This document shows, in pieces, positions 27,838-37,936 of a DNA stretch of 64,000 nucleotides. Numbering within the stretch: the first letter of the stretch is position 1; the number at the start of each line of letters is the position of its first letter. The position numbers and the translations under genes are program-made. Source of the DNA: Chloroflexota bacterium (lineage in GTDB: Bacteria; Chloroflexota; UBA11872); the NCBI GenBank assembly GCA_026707285.1, contig JAPOXD010000028.1, positions 24,350 through 88,349 of the forward strand, in the 5' to 3' direction. The notes under the pieces were generated by a model, which saw nothing but the letters and a program-made list of their open reading frames with translations, was not told the DNA's origin and ran no database searches.

Positions 27838-28653
27838 TCACCCATCGTCGCGTCGCGAATCGTCGGGCTCGGACTCCGGCGTTTCGCCTAACGGTCCGCC
27901 AAACCGGTCTTGCGCCATTCGATGTCCGACCAAGGCCAGGGTAACCGGCGCCACGACCATCAGCGGGAGCACAAAGGCCAGGCTCACGCCAATAGCCACG
28001 GCGGCGACCAGCACGAACGCGGCGGAGGACCCGACGCGACCGAGGGCCATCGCAAACGCGCCCAGAAACGCGTGTAGCGGGGATAGGTCGACGCGAATGA
28101 CCAGGGGAAAGAGATAGGCCTGCGCGCCGACCCAGACGAGCGTCAGGTACAGCGCCACGAACGCGAGCGCCTGCAGGATGAGTTGCCCCGAGTTCAAGTA
28201 GAAGTAGAGGCCGAAGACCAGGGCGTAGAGCGGCACGAGGTCGGCGAACAGCACCAGCCACCCACGCGGCCAATGGCGCCGCAGGGCGCGCCAGAAGTCG
28301 ATGACGCCAATCTCGTCGCCTTGCACGAAGCGCGCCGTGGACTGGACGAGCGCCAGCGTCGCCGGTCCCGCCGACAGGCACGCGCCGCCCGTGGCGCCAA
28401 GCAGCGCGAGGGCCAGGATCAGCGGTGTTTGCGGCGAGTCGAATCCGCTCGCGGCCTGCTGGACGGCAATCGCAACCGGAATGCCAACCGCCGGAAGCAA
28501 CGGCAACGCGGCGAGAAACCACAGGAGATTCAGACGCAAACCGAGCGTGCCGAAGTTCCGGACCACCTGCATGACCGCCCAGCCCGCGTACCCGAAAACC
28601 CGGCCCACCGTTAGGCCGCCGCCAGGCCCAGCTCTCGGGACAGGTGCGTCCAT
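27838..28653 (-). CDS. Hypothetical polytopic membrane protein (DUF624/YesL-like)
   Basis: The ORF extends to 28989 but overlaps the upstream M24 gene. The likely start is the Met at 28653 or 28572. Several TM helices. Confidence 0.35.
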   Translation of the reverse strand: MDAPVPRAGPGGGLTVGRVFGYAGWAVMQVVRNFGTLGLRLNLLWFLAALPLLPAVGIPVAIAVQQAASGFDSPQTPLILALALLGATGGACLSAGPATLALVQSTARFVQGDEIGVIDFWRALRRHWPRGWLVLFADLVPLYALVFGLYFYLNSGQLILQALAFVALYLTLVWVGAQAYLFPLVIRVDLSPLHAFLGAFAMALGRVGSSAAFVLVAAVAIGVSLAFVLPLMVVAPVTLALVGHRMAQDRFGGPLGETPESEPDDSRRDDG

Positions 28654-29747
28654 CGCTCGTGGCCGTCGGCCGTGATCAGATAGGTGTCCTCGACCGCAAA
28701 CGCCCCGTGCTCCGCATCGTGATAGAGGGTCTCGAGGTTGATGAGCATGTTCGGTTCCAGCGCCTGGGCGTCGCCGTGGATCAGCGCCGGGCTCTCGTGG
28801 TGCTCCACGCCGATGCCGTGCCCCACGTGCTCCGGACGCGCATCGGGCAGCGACTGCCGCAGGCCGTCCACCGCGGCGGCGTAGATTTCGCCCGCGGTCA
28901 CTCCCGGCCGCAGCAGGGCCTCGCCCTGCGTCTGGCCTTTCATCACGGAGGCATAGAGCCGCTCTTGCACGGCGCTCGGAGTTCCCCACACATGGGACCG
29001 CGCGTTGTCGGCGTGATAGCCGTGGACCAGCGCGCCCAGATCGAAGCGGATCAGGTCGCCCTGGGCGAGCCGGCGGCTGCCGGGGACCTTGTGCGTGATG
29101 ACGGTTTCGGGACCGAACCCAAGCACGAAGTTCTTGATGCCCTCCGCGCCCTGCCGCCCAACGCTGGCGCGAAACGCAGCCGCCAACTCGGCCTCAGTGA
29201 CCCCGGTGTGGGCGGCCGCCAGCATGTCGGCGGAGGCGGTATCCAAGACTCCTGCCGCCGCGCGCAGATGCCCAAGTTCGTCGGCAGTCTTGACGGCGCG
29301 AATGCTCCGGATCAGCTCGCTGCAGTGGCACACCGTGCGGTCGGAGCAGGCCGCCTTCACCTCGTCCATGATCCACTTGGGGATCGACTTCTCCTCTACG
29401 CCCACCGTCCGGACGACGGCGCGATCGGTGAGCGCGGTGCGCAGCGCCCGCCGCCACCCACCGGCCTCGGCGCGGCTGCCCGGGGCGGCGTGCTCCGCGT
29501 AGACCACGACGTCTTCGATCCAGCTCGACCTGACGAACGCTTCGTAGTTCCAGCGCGGAATGATGGCGACCGGATCGATCGCGGCATCGGCGAAGAACAG
29601 GCAGATGGCCGGGCGATCGATGAACGAAAACGAGTTGACCTGCGTGAAATCCGAGAAGTAGAGGAAGTTGTTGGGCTGCGTCAGGACCAGGACGTCGACG
29701 CCGTCCCGACCCATGAACTCCAGGGCGCGAGCGTGGTTGAGGAGCAC
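28611..29747 (-). CDS. M24 family metallopeptidase (Xaa-Pro aminopeptidase/creatinase-like)
   Basis: Creatinase N-domain followed by a pita-bread C-domain with metal ligands (HGYHADNARS...VGHGIGVEHHE...INLET). Confidence 0.75.
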   Translation of the reverse strand: MLLNHARALEFMGRDGVDVLVLTQPNNFLYFSDFTQVNSFSFIDRPAICLFFADAAIDPVAIIPRWNYEAFVRSSWIEDVVVYAEHAAPGSRAEAGGWRRALRTALTDRAVVRTVGVEEKSIPKWIMDEVKAACSDRTVCHCSELIRSIRAVKTADELGHLRAAAGVLDTASADMLAAAHTGVTEAELAAAFRASVGRQGAEGIKNFVLGFGPETVITHKVPGSRRLAQGDLIRFDLGALVHGYHADNARSHVWGTPSAVQERLYASVMKGQTQGEALLRPGVTAGEIYAAAVDGLRQSLPDARPEHVGHGIGVEHHESPALIHGDAQALEPNMLINLETLYHDAEHGAFAVEDTYLITADGHERWTHLSRELGLAAA

Positions 29748-29790
29748 GGGGATCGTCCTCCGCGCCTACGGTTCGTCTGTCGTCGGGGAA

Positions 29791-30810
29791 CTAGCCCCAG
29801 ATCTGCTCGAAGACACGGGCGGCGTTTCCTCCCAGGATTCCCCGAATCTCGTCCTCCGCATAGCCACGCTTCCGCAGACCCTCGGGGATGACCGGGAACT
29901 CCGCGTGGGTGTGGAGCCCTTCCACGTACTCGGTCTCCAGCACGTAGCGCCCGACCATGTCCGGGTACATGCGCTTGGTGGCGTTTTCCCACTTCACCTT
30001 CGATTGCGGCGTGATGTCCGACCCGATTGCCGCGTGCTCCGGGCCGACCAGCTCACAGACGTAGTCGATGTGGCGGAAGAAATCCTCCAGGTCCAGGGTG
30101 TCTTTGTCTTCCTGGTGGCAAAACGGGGCATAGGAGGCCAGCCCGACGACGCCGCCCGTGGCGGCCGCGGCGCGGATCTGGTCGTCGGTGAGGTTGCGCG
30201 GGTTGGGCGTGACGGCGTGGGCGTTCGAATGCGTAAACATCACGGGGCCGTCGTAGCGCTCGATGGCGTCGAGCGATGTTCGGACGCCCGCGTGGGACAG
30301 ATCGATCACGATCCCCGCGCGACGCAGCTCGCGAACCATGCGGACACCCAGCAGCGTCAGGCCGTCGTCCCGCGGCTCGAGACAGCCCGCGCCCAGCTGG
30401 TTGACTTCGTTGTACGTCAGAGCGGCGACGCGCAGGCCAAGTCGATGGAAGATCGGGACGAACTGTGTGTTGTGACGGAGAACGTCCAGCCCCTGGAATC
30501 CAAGGATCAGCCCCAGCCTTCCCGAGGCGTGTGCCTCGTGGATGTCAGCCATCCGCTCGATGAGCATCAGCTTGTGGCCCATCTGGTCGCAGAGGTTGAA
30601 TGCGTCGAAGAAGTCGTCGAGCAGGTGCTCGATGTCCCGCGCGTAGAGCGCCAATGTGACGTGAATGACGTTTACGCCGCCGCGCCTGACGTGGTCGCCG
30701 TAGGCCGCGGGCGCATTGCTCGGCGGGATGACGGAGTTCAGATTGCCGCCGAGCAGGTCGATCACCGGAGCGTCGCTCAGCACGGGCGGCAGGGGCGTGT
30801 CAGGGGACAT
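29791..30810 (-). CDS. Membrane dipeptidase (peptidase M19 family)
   Basis: Renal-dipeptidase-like motifs (IDLLGGN, LTYNEVNQLG, VIDLSHAG, MFTHSNA). The start is probably the internal Met at 30810. Confidence 0.7.
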   Translation of the reverse strand: MSPDTPLPPVLSDAPVIDLLGGNLNSVIPPSNAPAAYGDHVRRGGVNVIHVTLALYARDIEHLLDDFFDAFNLCDQMGHKLMLIERMADIHEAHASGRLGLILGFQGLDVLRHNTQFVPIFHRLGLRVAALTYNEVNQLGAGCLEPRDDGLTLLGVRMVRELRRAGIVIDLSHAGVRTSLDAIERYDGPVMFTHSNAHAVTPNPRNLTDDQIRAAAATGGVVGLASYAPFCHQEDKDTLDLEDFFRHIDYVCELVGPEHAAIGSDITPQSKVKWENATKRMYPDMVGRYVLETEYVEGLHTHAEFPVIPEGLRKRGYAEDEIRGILGGNAARVFEQIWG

Positions 30811-30896
30811 GGCGGTGCTCCTCGCTTCGCTCCGCCAAGCATGGCAGACGCGGGCAACTGACGTGGGCGCCATGCGCAGGTGCCGCATAATCGGAC

Positions 30897-31649
30897 ATGG
30901 CAACGACCGACGGCCCTATCGACCCGGCGACCTACGGCGACAGGTGGGCCGACGTCTACGACGACTTCCACAGGGACGCCAGCCCATCCGAAATCGAGTT
31001 TCTGGCGGACCTCGCTCGTGGAGGCCGTGCGCTCGAGTTGGGGATTGGGACCGGCCGATTCGCACTGCCGCTGGCGGCCGAGGGCGTGGCCGTTGAGGGC
31101 ATCGACTTGTCGGAAGGCATGGTGGCGAAGCTGCGGGCAAAGCCGGGCGGCGCGGACATTCCGGTCACGATGGGCGACTTCGCCGACGTCGGTCGCTCGG
31201 GACCGTTCGACCTCATCTTCGTCGTGTTCAACACGTTTTACGTGCTGGTGGAGCAGGCGGACCAGGTGCGTTGCTTCCGCAACGTGGCAAAGCGCCTGAA
31301 GCCGGACGGGGCGTTCGTGATCGAGGCGTTCGTACCGAACCCGGCGCGGTTTCAACGCAACCGGTCGCTCAGCGTGGGAGAGGTCGGCCTCGATCGCGTC
31401 CGGCTGGATGCCGCCAGCCACGACCCAGTGGCGCAGCGCGTCACTAGCCAAATGATCTTCTTGTCGGACGGATCAATCGACATGCGACCGACTCAGATCC
31501 GGTACGCCTGGCCGTCGGAACTCGACCTGATGGCGCAGCTCGCCGGGATGCGGTTGCACGAGCGCTGGTCGAACTGGAGCCGATCGCCGTTCGACGGATC
31601 CGGCAGAAACCACGTCTCGGTCTACGTCCACGACGACTCGCGCGCGTAG
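30897..31649 (+). CDS. Class I SAM-dependent methyltransferase
   Basis: Motif I LELGIGTGRF plus motifs II and III (FDLIFVVFNT; LKPDGAFVIE). Confidence 0.6.
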   Translation: MATTDGPIDPATYGDRWADVYDDFHRDASPSEIEFLADLARGGRALELGIGTGRFALPLAAEGVAVEGIDLSEGMVAKLRAKPGGADIPVTMGDFADVGRSGPFDLIFVVFNTFYVLVEQADQVRCFRNVAKRLKPDGAFVIEAFVPNPARFQRNRSLSVGEVGLDRVRLDAASHDPVAQRVTSQMIFLSDGSIDMRPTQIRYAWPSELDLMAQLAGMRLHERWSNWSRSPFDGSGRNHVSVYVHDDSRA

Positions 31650-31658
31650 CGCCAAGCC

Positions 31659-31670
31659 GTCGGGCCCGAC
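31659..31670. terminator. Perfect 12-bp palindrome between convergent genes
   Basis: GTCGGGCCCGAC sits between the methyltransferase (+) and the oxidoreductase (-). Confidence 0.3.
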
Positions 31671-31673
31671 AGC

Positions 31674-32855
31674 CTAGACGGGAAGCGCCCCCGGCAGCTC
31701 GAACGTCGTTGTCGTCGGTAGGAACCGGCCGCCGGCGCTCGACTGGTGCACCACGTCGATCACCTCGAGGATGTGCAGCGCCTGGCGGGCGGAGAGCTGC
31801 ACCTCGGCATCGTCCGCGATGCAATCGACGAGGTGCGTGATCGCGCCCGCGCGGTCCACGACGTCCCAGCCGTCGTTCGGCTCGCCCACCGCCTCCCAAC
31901 GGCTCTCACGGCCGCCGGTGACGGTGCGGTATAGCTCGATGTTGTCCACGCCCGTGCCGCCGTTGACCGCGAGGACCCCCGCGTCGCCGTAGTATTCGGT
32001 GTGCGGGCCGCGAAAGTTCGCCGGCAGGTATCCCGAATAGACCGTGCCGAAGCGATCGTCGCCCCAGTCGAGCAGCATCACCACGTTGTCCGGGGCCGTC
32101 GTGGCGAACCGCTCGCCCCTGGTGGGGCCGCTTCCGGAGACTCGCTCGGACACAGCGATGCCGGCCAGCGCGCCCACGCGCTTGATCGGGCCCAAGAGTC
32201 GCGTGGGCGGAATGAGCTGGTAGGGCGTCAGGTCAAAGAGCGGGCCGCCTTCGCCGGCCTGGTACATCCAGGTCTGATCGGTGGGGGGCGTATCGATCCG
32301 GGCCAGATTGGGCCCGATCCGCCGCCACTCGGTTTCCCGGTCGGCGGGATTGGCGGTCATGTGCGTCCGCACCGCGGCCACCCGGCCGATCGCGCCGCCG
32401 GCGATGAGCGCCTCGGCGCGGCGCGCGACCGGCTCGAACGCCATGGCCGGCGCCGCCGCCAGCTTGAGACCCCGCGCCTCCGCCAGCTCCACGATCTCCG
32501 TCGCCTGCTCGAAGGTCGCCGCAATGGGCTTTTCGATGCCCAGATGCCGACCGGCTTCGAGCACCTGCCTGGCGTGCTCGTAGTGCTGGCTGTGCTTGGT
32601 CAGCACCAGCACGGCCTCGACGTCCGTCGACGCGAGCATCTCCCCCAAGTCCGTGAACGCGGCCCTGGCGCCCCACTTGTCGGCGGCGGCCTGCGCCCGG
32701 CCCGGCACCACGTCGCAGAGCGCCGTCAGCTCGGCGCGATCACCATGCTTGACGATGGCTTCCAGGTAGAACAGCTCGGCCACCGTCCCAATGCCCAGGA
32801 CGCCGACGCTGACCTTGCGCGCCACAGTGCGACTCCTCGGATGTGCACGCTGCAC
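31674..32855 (-). CDS. Gfo/Idh/MocA family oxidoreductase
   Basis: Rossmann VSVGVLGIGTVAE and EAVLVLTKHSQHYEHARQVLEAGRHLGIEKP, typical of the family. Confidence 0.7.
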   Translation of the reverse strand: MQRAHPRSRTVARKVSVGVLGIGTVAELFYLEAIVKHGDRAELTALCDVVPGRAQAAADKWGARAAFTDLGEMLASTDVEAVLVLTKHSQHYEHARQVLEAGRHLGIEKPIAATFEQATEIVELAEARGLKLAAAPAMAFEPVARRAEALIAGGAIGRVAAVRTHMTANPADRETEWRRIGPNLARIDTPPTDQTWMYQAGEGGPLFDLTPYQLIPPTRLLGPIKRVGALAGIAVSERVSGSGPTRGERFATTAPDNVVMLLDWGDDRFGTVYSGYLPANFRGPHTEYYGDAGVLAVNGGTGVDNIELYRTVTGGRESRWEAVGEPNDGWDVVDRAGAITHLVDCIADDAEVQLSARQALHILEVIDVVHQSSAGGRFLPTTTTFELPGALPV

Positions 32856-33001
32856 GGCGAGCCCGCATTATATGGGGCCACAGTTTCAGTCTCGGGGCAG
32901 TTCGCTCGCGGCTAGTTGGCACCCGGCGTATACTCGCGCCGTCTGCAGGGGGGCTTGATCCCGGGCTCAGCGGCGAGCTTTGGTGATCGTGGGTGTGCAC
33001 C

Positions 33002-33904
33002 ATGATCCGCAATGCAGTCGCTCGACAACCTGGCGCCGGCGCGGCACCGGCAGCCGGCCGGGGGGCGTTGCGCCGCTGGCCGTCCCATCTCGAAATCATC
33101 ATCCGGGGTCTGGTTCTTCTCGCCCTCGCCGTCGTCGTGCTGTATCCCATTTTCTGGCTGATCACCAACTCGATTCGGCCCAACGGAGAGATCTTCAAGC
33201 ATCCGGCTGAGTGGCTGCCGCCGACGCCAACGCTCGAGGCCTACGGCAAGGTCTTCGGAAAGGGCCTTTGGCTTCGAATATTCCTGAATAGCTATTTCGT
33301 GGCCGGCGCCACCACCCTGCTCGCCATTACTCTTGGCGCGCTCGCCGCCTACGGCATTTCGCGCTTTGCCTTTCGCGGCAAGCGACTGCTGGAGTTTTTT
33401 GTGGTGGGTACGCAGCAGATCCCGCCGGTGGCCATGATCATCCCGTTCTTCGCGCTGGTGCGGCAGTTTGGGCTCTACGACACCCACCTGGCGCTGATCA
33501 TCACCTACGCCGCGTTTGCCCTGCCGCTGGCCATCCTCATGTTGACGACCTATTTCGCCACCATTCCGATCGAGCTGGAAGAGTCCGCGTTCATCGACGG
33601 GGCAGGCCGGCTGCGCATGCTCTGGACGATCATGCGCCCCCTGGCATTGCCGGGAATCGTGGCGACCGGGGTCTTTGCCTTCATTCTCTCGTTCCAGGAT
33701 CTGCTGTTTGCTGTGCAGCTGACGGTGTCCGACGACATGCGCACAATTCCGCTGGGCATCGTCACGCTCATCGGACAGCAGAACGTGGACTGGCACCAGA
33801 TGCTGGCCGCGTCCGTCATCGCCAGCATTCCGCTGCTCGTGCTCTACGCCCTGGCGCAGCGGTACCTGGTGTCGGGACTGACCCTCGGGGCCGTCAAGCA
33901 GTAG
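33002..33904 (+). CDS. Carbohydrate ABC transporter permease (MalG-like)
   Basis: Six TM helices and an EAA loop (ESAFIDGAGRLRMLWTIMRPLALPGI). Confidence 0.75.
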   Translation: MIRNAVARQPGAGAAPAAGRGALRRWPSHLEIIIRGLVLLALAVVVLYPIFWLITNSIRPNGEIFKHPAEWLPPTPTLEAYGKVFGKGLWLRIFLNSYFVAGATTLLAITLGALAAYGISRFAFRGKRLLEFFVVGTQQIPPVAMIIPFFALVRQFGLYDTHLALIITYAAFALPLAILMLTTYFATIPIELEESAFIDGAGRLRMLWTIMRPLALPGIVATGVFAFILSFQDLLFAVQLTVSDDMRTIPLGIVTLIGQQNVDWHQMLAASVIASIPLLVLYALAQRYLVSGLTLGAVKQ

Positions 33905-33998
33905 CCGTGCACGTGAGGAGGTGGCGTATCGGGGAACGCTGATCGACGGCGGTGCTCGGCTCCGCGGGCCGGGCGCCCGAAACCACGACGGATAGGAG

Positions 33999-35330
33999 GT
34001 GCATATGAATTCACGCAAGTTCAGCCGGCGCTCGCTGATGGCTGCCGGCTTTGGCGTAGCCGTTGGGGCGGCGACGGCCTCGCTGCTCGCGGCCTGCGGC
34101 GAGGACGAGGCCGAGCCCGAAGCCATGACCGAGACCGCCATGGACAGCGGCGAGCGGGAAACGGTCACGATCGAATACCTGAACTGGGCATTCTCCGAGG
34201 TCGGAGAGGGCCCGGCCGCAGAGATTTTGGACGCCTTCCACGCGGCCATGCCCCACATCCAGGTCGAGCCCCAGAACCTTGGCTTTTCACAGGCCCAGGA
34301 CAAGATGATCACCCTGCACGCCGCCGGAGCCCTGCCGGACGCCATCCAAATCGGCTTCTGGCAGATCGGTGACTTCTGGGACCAGGGCATGATTCGCGAA
34401 GTCGAGAGCATGGCCAACGCGGCGAACTTCGACTGGTCGGATTACGCCGAGCCGCTCAAGAACCGGATCGGGAACGAGATCGTCGTCGTTCCGATGTCCA
34501 CGATCACCGGGCTCACTCACTACAACGAGGGCACGTTCGAGGCCGCCGGCGTGGACGGGCCACCGGACAACTGGGACGAGCACATCGAGATCGGCAAGCA
34601 GATCACGAACCCGGACGCCGGCCAGTACGGCATCTCGCACGCCTGGAGCCTGGAGAATCCGCAGGTCTACAGTCACCTGTACCCGCAGATCTGGCAGGCG
34701 GGCGGACAGGTTGAGAACGACGACGACCTCACCTTCGAGGCCAATACCTCGGAAGGCCTGGCGGCGCTGAGCTACGTGCTCGACATGGAGCTCAAGGAAG
34801 GCATGGTCGCCCCTGGAAGCCTGAACGGCACCGAGCAAACGCTGATCGAGAACTTCGGCTCAGGCTTGAGCGGCATGTTCTATGACAACTCCGCGCACTT
34901 CAACGGCTATCTGGAGCGCGAAGATCTCAGTTTCTTCGTTGGTCCGCCGCTGGAGGGCCCCGCCAAGCGGGCCGGCTTCACCTTCGGCTGGCGCAACAGC
35001 ATCGCCGACCGCACGGAGCACCCGCAGGAGACCTTCGACTTCCTGGCATGGATCGCCGGCGTCGAGGGCAATTCGCTGCTCGCGGGGCTCGGCAACCAGG
35101 TTCCCGCGAACAAGAACGCGACACCCACCTACTCGGAGGGCAAGATGAGTGGTCTTGTCAGCGAGGCGGTCAAGTGGGCCACGTTCGAGGGCGCGCAAGG
35201 CTCCGAGGGCCTGGGCGATGAGCGCCTGATCTTGGTCGGGCACATTCACGACGCCATCAACGGGACCGCCTCCTATCAGGAGGTCCTGGACCGCACCGAG
35301 ACGGAATGGAACGAATCGGTAAGCGGCTAG
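33999..35330 (+). CDS. Sugar ABC transporter substrate-binding lipoprotein (SBP family 1)
   Basis: Lipoprotein signal LLAACGEDEA and a family-1 extracellular solute-binding fold. GGAGGTG RBS. Confidence 0.75.
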   Translation: MHMNSRKFSRRSLMAAGFGVAVGAATASLLAACGEDEAEPEAMTETAMDSGERETVTIEYLNWAFSEVGEGPAAEILDAFHAAMPHIQVEPQNLGFSQAQDKMITLHAAGALPDAIQIGFWQIGDFWDQGMIREVESMANAANFDWSDYAEPLKNRIGNEIVVVPMSTITGLTHYNEGTFEAAGVDGPPDNWDEHIEIGKQITNPDAGQYGISHAWSLENPQVYSHLYPQIWQAGGQVENDDDLTFEANTSEGLAALSYVLDMELKEGMVAPGSLNGTEQTLIENFGSGLSGMFYDNSAHFNGYLEREDLSFFVGPPLEGPAKRAGFTFGWRNSIADRTEHPQETFDFLAWIAGVEGNSLLAGLGNQVPANKNATPTYSEGKMSGLVSEAVKWATFEGAQGSEGLGDERLILVGHIHDAINGTASYQEVLDRTETEWNESVSG

Positions 35331-35436
35331 GCCGTCCGCTCGCTTTCACAGCGAGTGTGGCTCTTGGGGGCGCGGGCTTCAGCCCGCGCCCCCCAAGGGA
35401 GCCACGCGCAAGAGCGCTTAGGACCCAGCCTTTGCT

Positions 35437-36384
35437 ATGGCCGACTCGGTAGCTCCCCCACCGTCGCGCGCATCGAGCGGCGCAGGCACAACGCGTCGCG
35501 GGTCAATGCGACGGGCGCTGCTTCCCTATGCGTTCGTCGCCCCGGCAGTGATCGTGATGGCGGCCCTTATGGTCTTTCCCATGGGCCGCATGATTCACAT
35601 GAGCTTGTTTCAAGACTTGTTTTCGCGCGTCGGGGAACAGTTCGTCGGTTTCGAGAACTACGCCGATCTGTTTCAGAAAGAGCTCTTTTGGGTCGCGCTC
35701 GCGAACTCGATCATCTTCGTTGTCGCCAGCCTGATCATTCATCAGATCGTGGGCGGAGGCCTGGCGCTGTTGCTCACGTCACGCATGCGCGGGTCGCTGC
35801 GGACGTTCTTTCGCGCCATCTTCATCACACCCTGGCTCATCATCCCGGCGGTCGTCGCCATCACCTGGGTGCTGCTGCTCGACCATCGCGGCGGATTCAA
35901 CAGCATGCTGCGGAGTCTCGGCATCGTGGAGTGCTGCCCGCCGCCGGAGTGGTTTGGCGATTTCAAGCTGGCCATGCCCGCGCTGATCGCCACCAACGGC
36001 TGGGGCGGCTATCCGCTCACGATGATCATGTGGCTGGCCGGCTTGCAGAGCATTCCCAAAGACCACTACGAAGCGGCCTCGGTTGACGGCGCCGGGCGCT
36101 GGCGGCGCTTTCGTCACATCACGTTGCCCGCCATGGGACCCACCATCCTCACGATCCTGCTACTGGACACGATCTATACGTTTCGCAACTGGGACCTGCC
36201 GTTCCTGACGACCGGCGGCGGCCCCGGCGACACGACGATGGTGCTGCCGCTGTTGACCTATCGCGAGGCGTTCATCGGCTTCAACTTCGGCATCTCGGCC
36301 GCGTCCGCCGTCATGATCCTGGTGATCACGGCGTTCTTCGTGTTCTGGTTCCTGCGGATACGCGGGCGGCTGCTGGAAGGCTGA
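35437..36384 (+). CDS. Carbohydrate ABC transporter permease (MalF-like)
   Basis: Six TM helices and an EAA loop (EAASVDGAGRWRRFRHITLPAM). The start is possibly at 35506. Confidence 0.75.
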   Translation: MADSVAPPPSRASSGAGTTRRGSMRRALLPYAFVAPAVIVMAALMVFPMGRMIHMSLFQDLFSRVGEQFVGFENYADLFQKELFWVALANSIIFVVASLIIHQIVGGGLALLLTSRMRGSLRTFFRAIFITPWLIIPAVVAITWVLLLDHRGGFNSMLRSLGIVECCPPPEWFGDFKLAMPALIATNGWGGYPLTMIMWLAGLQSIPKDHYEAASVDGAGRWRRFRHITLPAMGPTILTILLLDTIYTFRNWDLPFLTTGGGPGDTTMVLPLLTYREAFIGFNFGISAASAVMILVITAFFVFWFLRIRGRLLEG

Positions 36385-36397
36385 CCGCCGAGCGCGC

Positions 36398-37072
36398 CTA
36401 GGGCATATTCCGCACGTCCGCGGCTTTGAACCCGGGCGAGTTCGCCAGGGCGCGCCGGCGCTCCTCGATTTCGAGCACGCCGGGACAGCGCTCCAGGATC
36501 TCGGCGCAATGTTCCGGCGGCAGCACGGCGACCCCGTTCACGTCGGCATGGATGATGTCGCCCGTGCGCACCAGGGTGCCGCTAATGGTGACGTCCAGCC
36601 CCGCCTGCACGATCTCGGGCGTGCCGTGCGCGGCCACCAGGCCCGAGGCGAAGTAGCGAAAGCCAAGCTCATGCACGGTCTCGAAGTCGCGCACGCCGCC
36701 ATCGGTCACCAGTCCAATCGCTCCCAACGCCAGCGAAATCGTGACCATCACGTCGCCGCAATGGGCCGAGCGGTAGCGGTCGGGTCCCACGTCCTTCAGC
36801 ACCAGCACCGCCGGCTTGGGTGATTTCTCGACCAGCTCGAACCACTGGGGAAATCCGTCGCCTTTCTGCGGCGACCCGGGCACGGTGCTGCGGCCCGTCG
36901 CCGTGACGGCATAGCCCACCATGCGCCCCAGGTCCGGATACATGCAGCGAACGTCCCAGCCCATGTAGCCGTCGACCGGGTCGCGCACCTCCATCTCTTC
37001 GATCGCGTTGCAGATGGTCGGGGTGTCGTACTCCAGCAAGCCGTCGAGGATCGCCGGGTCCAGCTCGGTCAT
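36398..37072 (-). CDS. RraA family protein (RraA / HMG-CHA aldolase-like)
   Basis: ICNAIEE...GDVMVTISLALGAIGLVTDGGVRD motifs of the RraA/MenG-like fold. The Met at 37072 is the likely start, since the longer ORF overlaps the creatininase gene. Confidence 0.65.
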   Translation of the reverse strand: MTELDPAILDGLLEYDTPTICNAIEEMEVRDPVDGYMGWDVRCMYPDLGRMVGYAVTATGRSTVPGSPQKGDGFPQWFELVEKSPKPAVLVLKDVGPDRYRSAHCGDVMVTISLALGAIGLVTDGGVRDFETVHELGFRYFASGLVAAHGTPEIVQAGLDVTISGTLVRTGDIIHADVNGVAVLPPEHCAEILERCPGVLEIEERRRALANSPGFKAADVRNMP

Positions 37073-37214
37073 GGATTCGCTCGAATCGTGGTGCGGGTGC
37101 GGTGAATCCCCGAACCTACGCACGGTGGCGGCGGCGCGCAAGTACGGCGCTTGGCAGTTCCATGCCGTAGTTCTGATACGCTCCCGGCCCGCCGCCGGAG
37201 CCGGAGGCCGCGCC

Positions 37215-37895
37215 ATGAAATATGAACGCCTGCGACCAGATGAGATCGAGGCCATCCGCGCCAGGGTGCCCGTAGCGGTGCTCCCGTGGGGCGCCCTGGA
37301 GTGGCATGGCCATCACGCGGCGATCGGCCTCGACGGGTTGAAGGCCGCCGCCTTCGCCGACGCCGTGGCCGACCGCATCGGCGGCATCTCACTGCCGACG
37401 CTGTATTGCGGACACGGGACGATGAAGCCTCAAGCCGGCTTCAGTCACACGATCGAGATTTCGGCGACGACGCTCGAATCGCTGGCGCATGAGTACGTGG
37501 CGCAGCTGGCCGGGGAAGGCTTTCTCGTCGTCGTCATCATCTCCGGCCACGGCAATCCCGATCACCTGGCGGCGCTGGAACGCGGCGCACGCCCGGCCGC
37601 CGATGCCGCCGGGATCGCGCTCTGGATCCTGCCCGACAACGCGGCGATCGACGACGCGGAGTATCCCTTCGACCACGCGGCGAAATGGGAAACCAGCGTG
37701 CTCTGGCACGCGGACCCGGACCTGGTAGACCTGTCAAAGGTCCGCTCTGATGTAGACCTGGAGGCGCAGGGCATTTTGGGCGTGAACCCTGTTGACACTG
37801 CCTCGGCGGAGCTTGGCGCCGCAGCATTCGACGAGATCGTGGACACGATTTCGGAACGAGCGCTCGAGCTGCTGGCGGATCGACCAGGAGCCTAA
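37215..37895 (+). CDS. Creatininase (creatinine amidohydrolase) family protein
   Basis: AVLPWGALEWHGHHAAIGLD and ISGHGNP metal-binding motifs. Confidence 0.65.
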   Translation: MKYERLRPDEIEAIRARVPVAVLPWGALEWHGHHAAIGLDGLKAAAFADAVADRIGGISLPTLYCGHGTMKPQAGFSHTIEISATTLESLAHEYVAQLAGEGFLVVVIISGHGNPDHLAALERGARPAADAAGIALWILPDNAAIDDAEYPFDHAAKWETSVLWHADPDLVDLSKVRSDVDLEAQGILGVNPVDTASAELGAAAFDEIVDTISERALELLADRPGA

Positions 37896-37936
37896 AACCC
37901 GCCGTGGATTGACGACGAGCGGCTAGCTCGCAGCTA

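Noticed and set aside
27838-28989. Full 383-aa version of the membrane-protein ORF with an Arg/Gly-rich 110-aa N-terminus.
   Set aside because: The N-terminal third overlaps the C-terminus of the M24 peptidase gene and has low-complexity shadow composition. The internal Met starts at 28653 or 28572 give a sensible membrane protein.
32912-34417. 501-aa - strand ORF.
   Set aside because: Antisense to the MalG-like permease and SBP genes, which have clear TM, EAA-loop and lipobox features on the + strand.
36398-37255. Full 285-aa RraA ORF and full 295-aa creatininase ORF starting at 37008, mutually overlapping by about 250 nt.
   Set aside because: Both have implausible N-terminal extensions. 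Internal Met codons (37072 for RraA and 37215 for creatininase) remove the overlap and align with the family N-termini.
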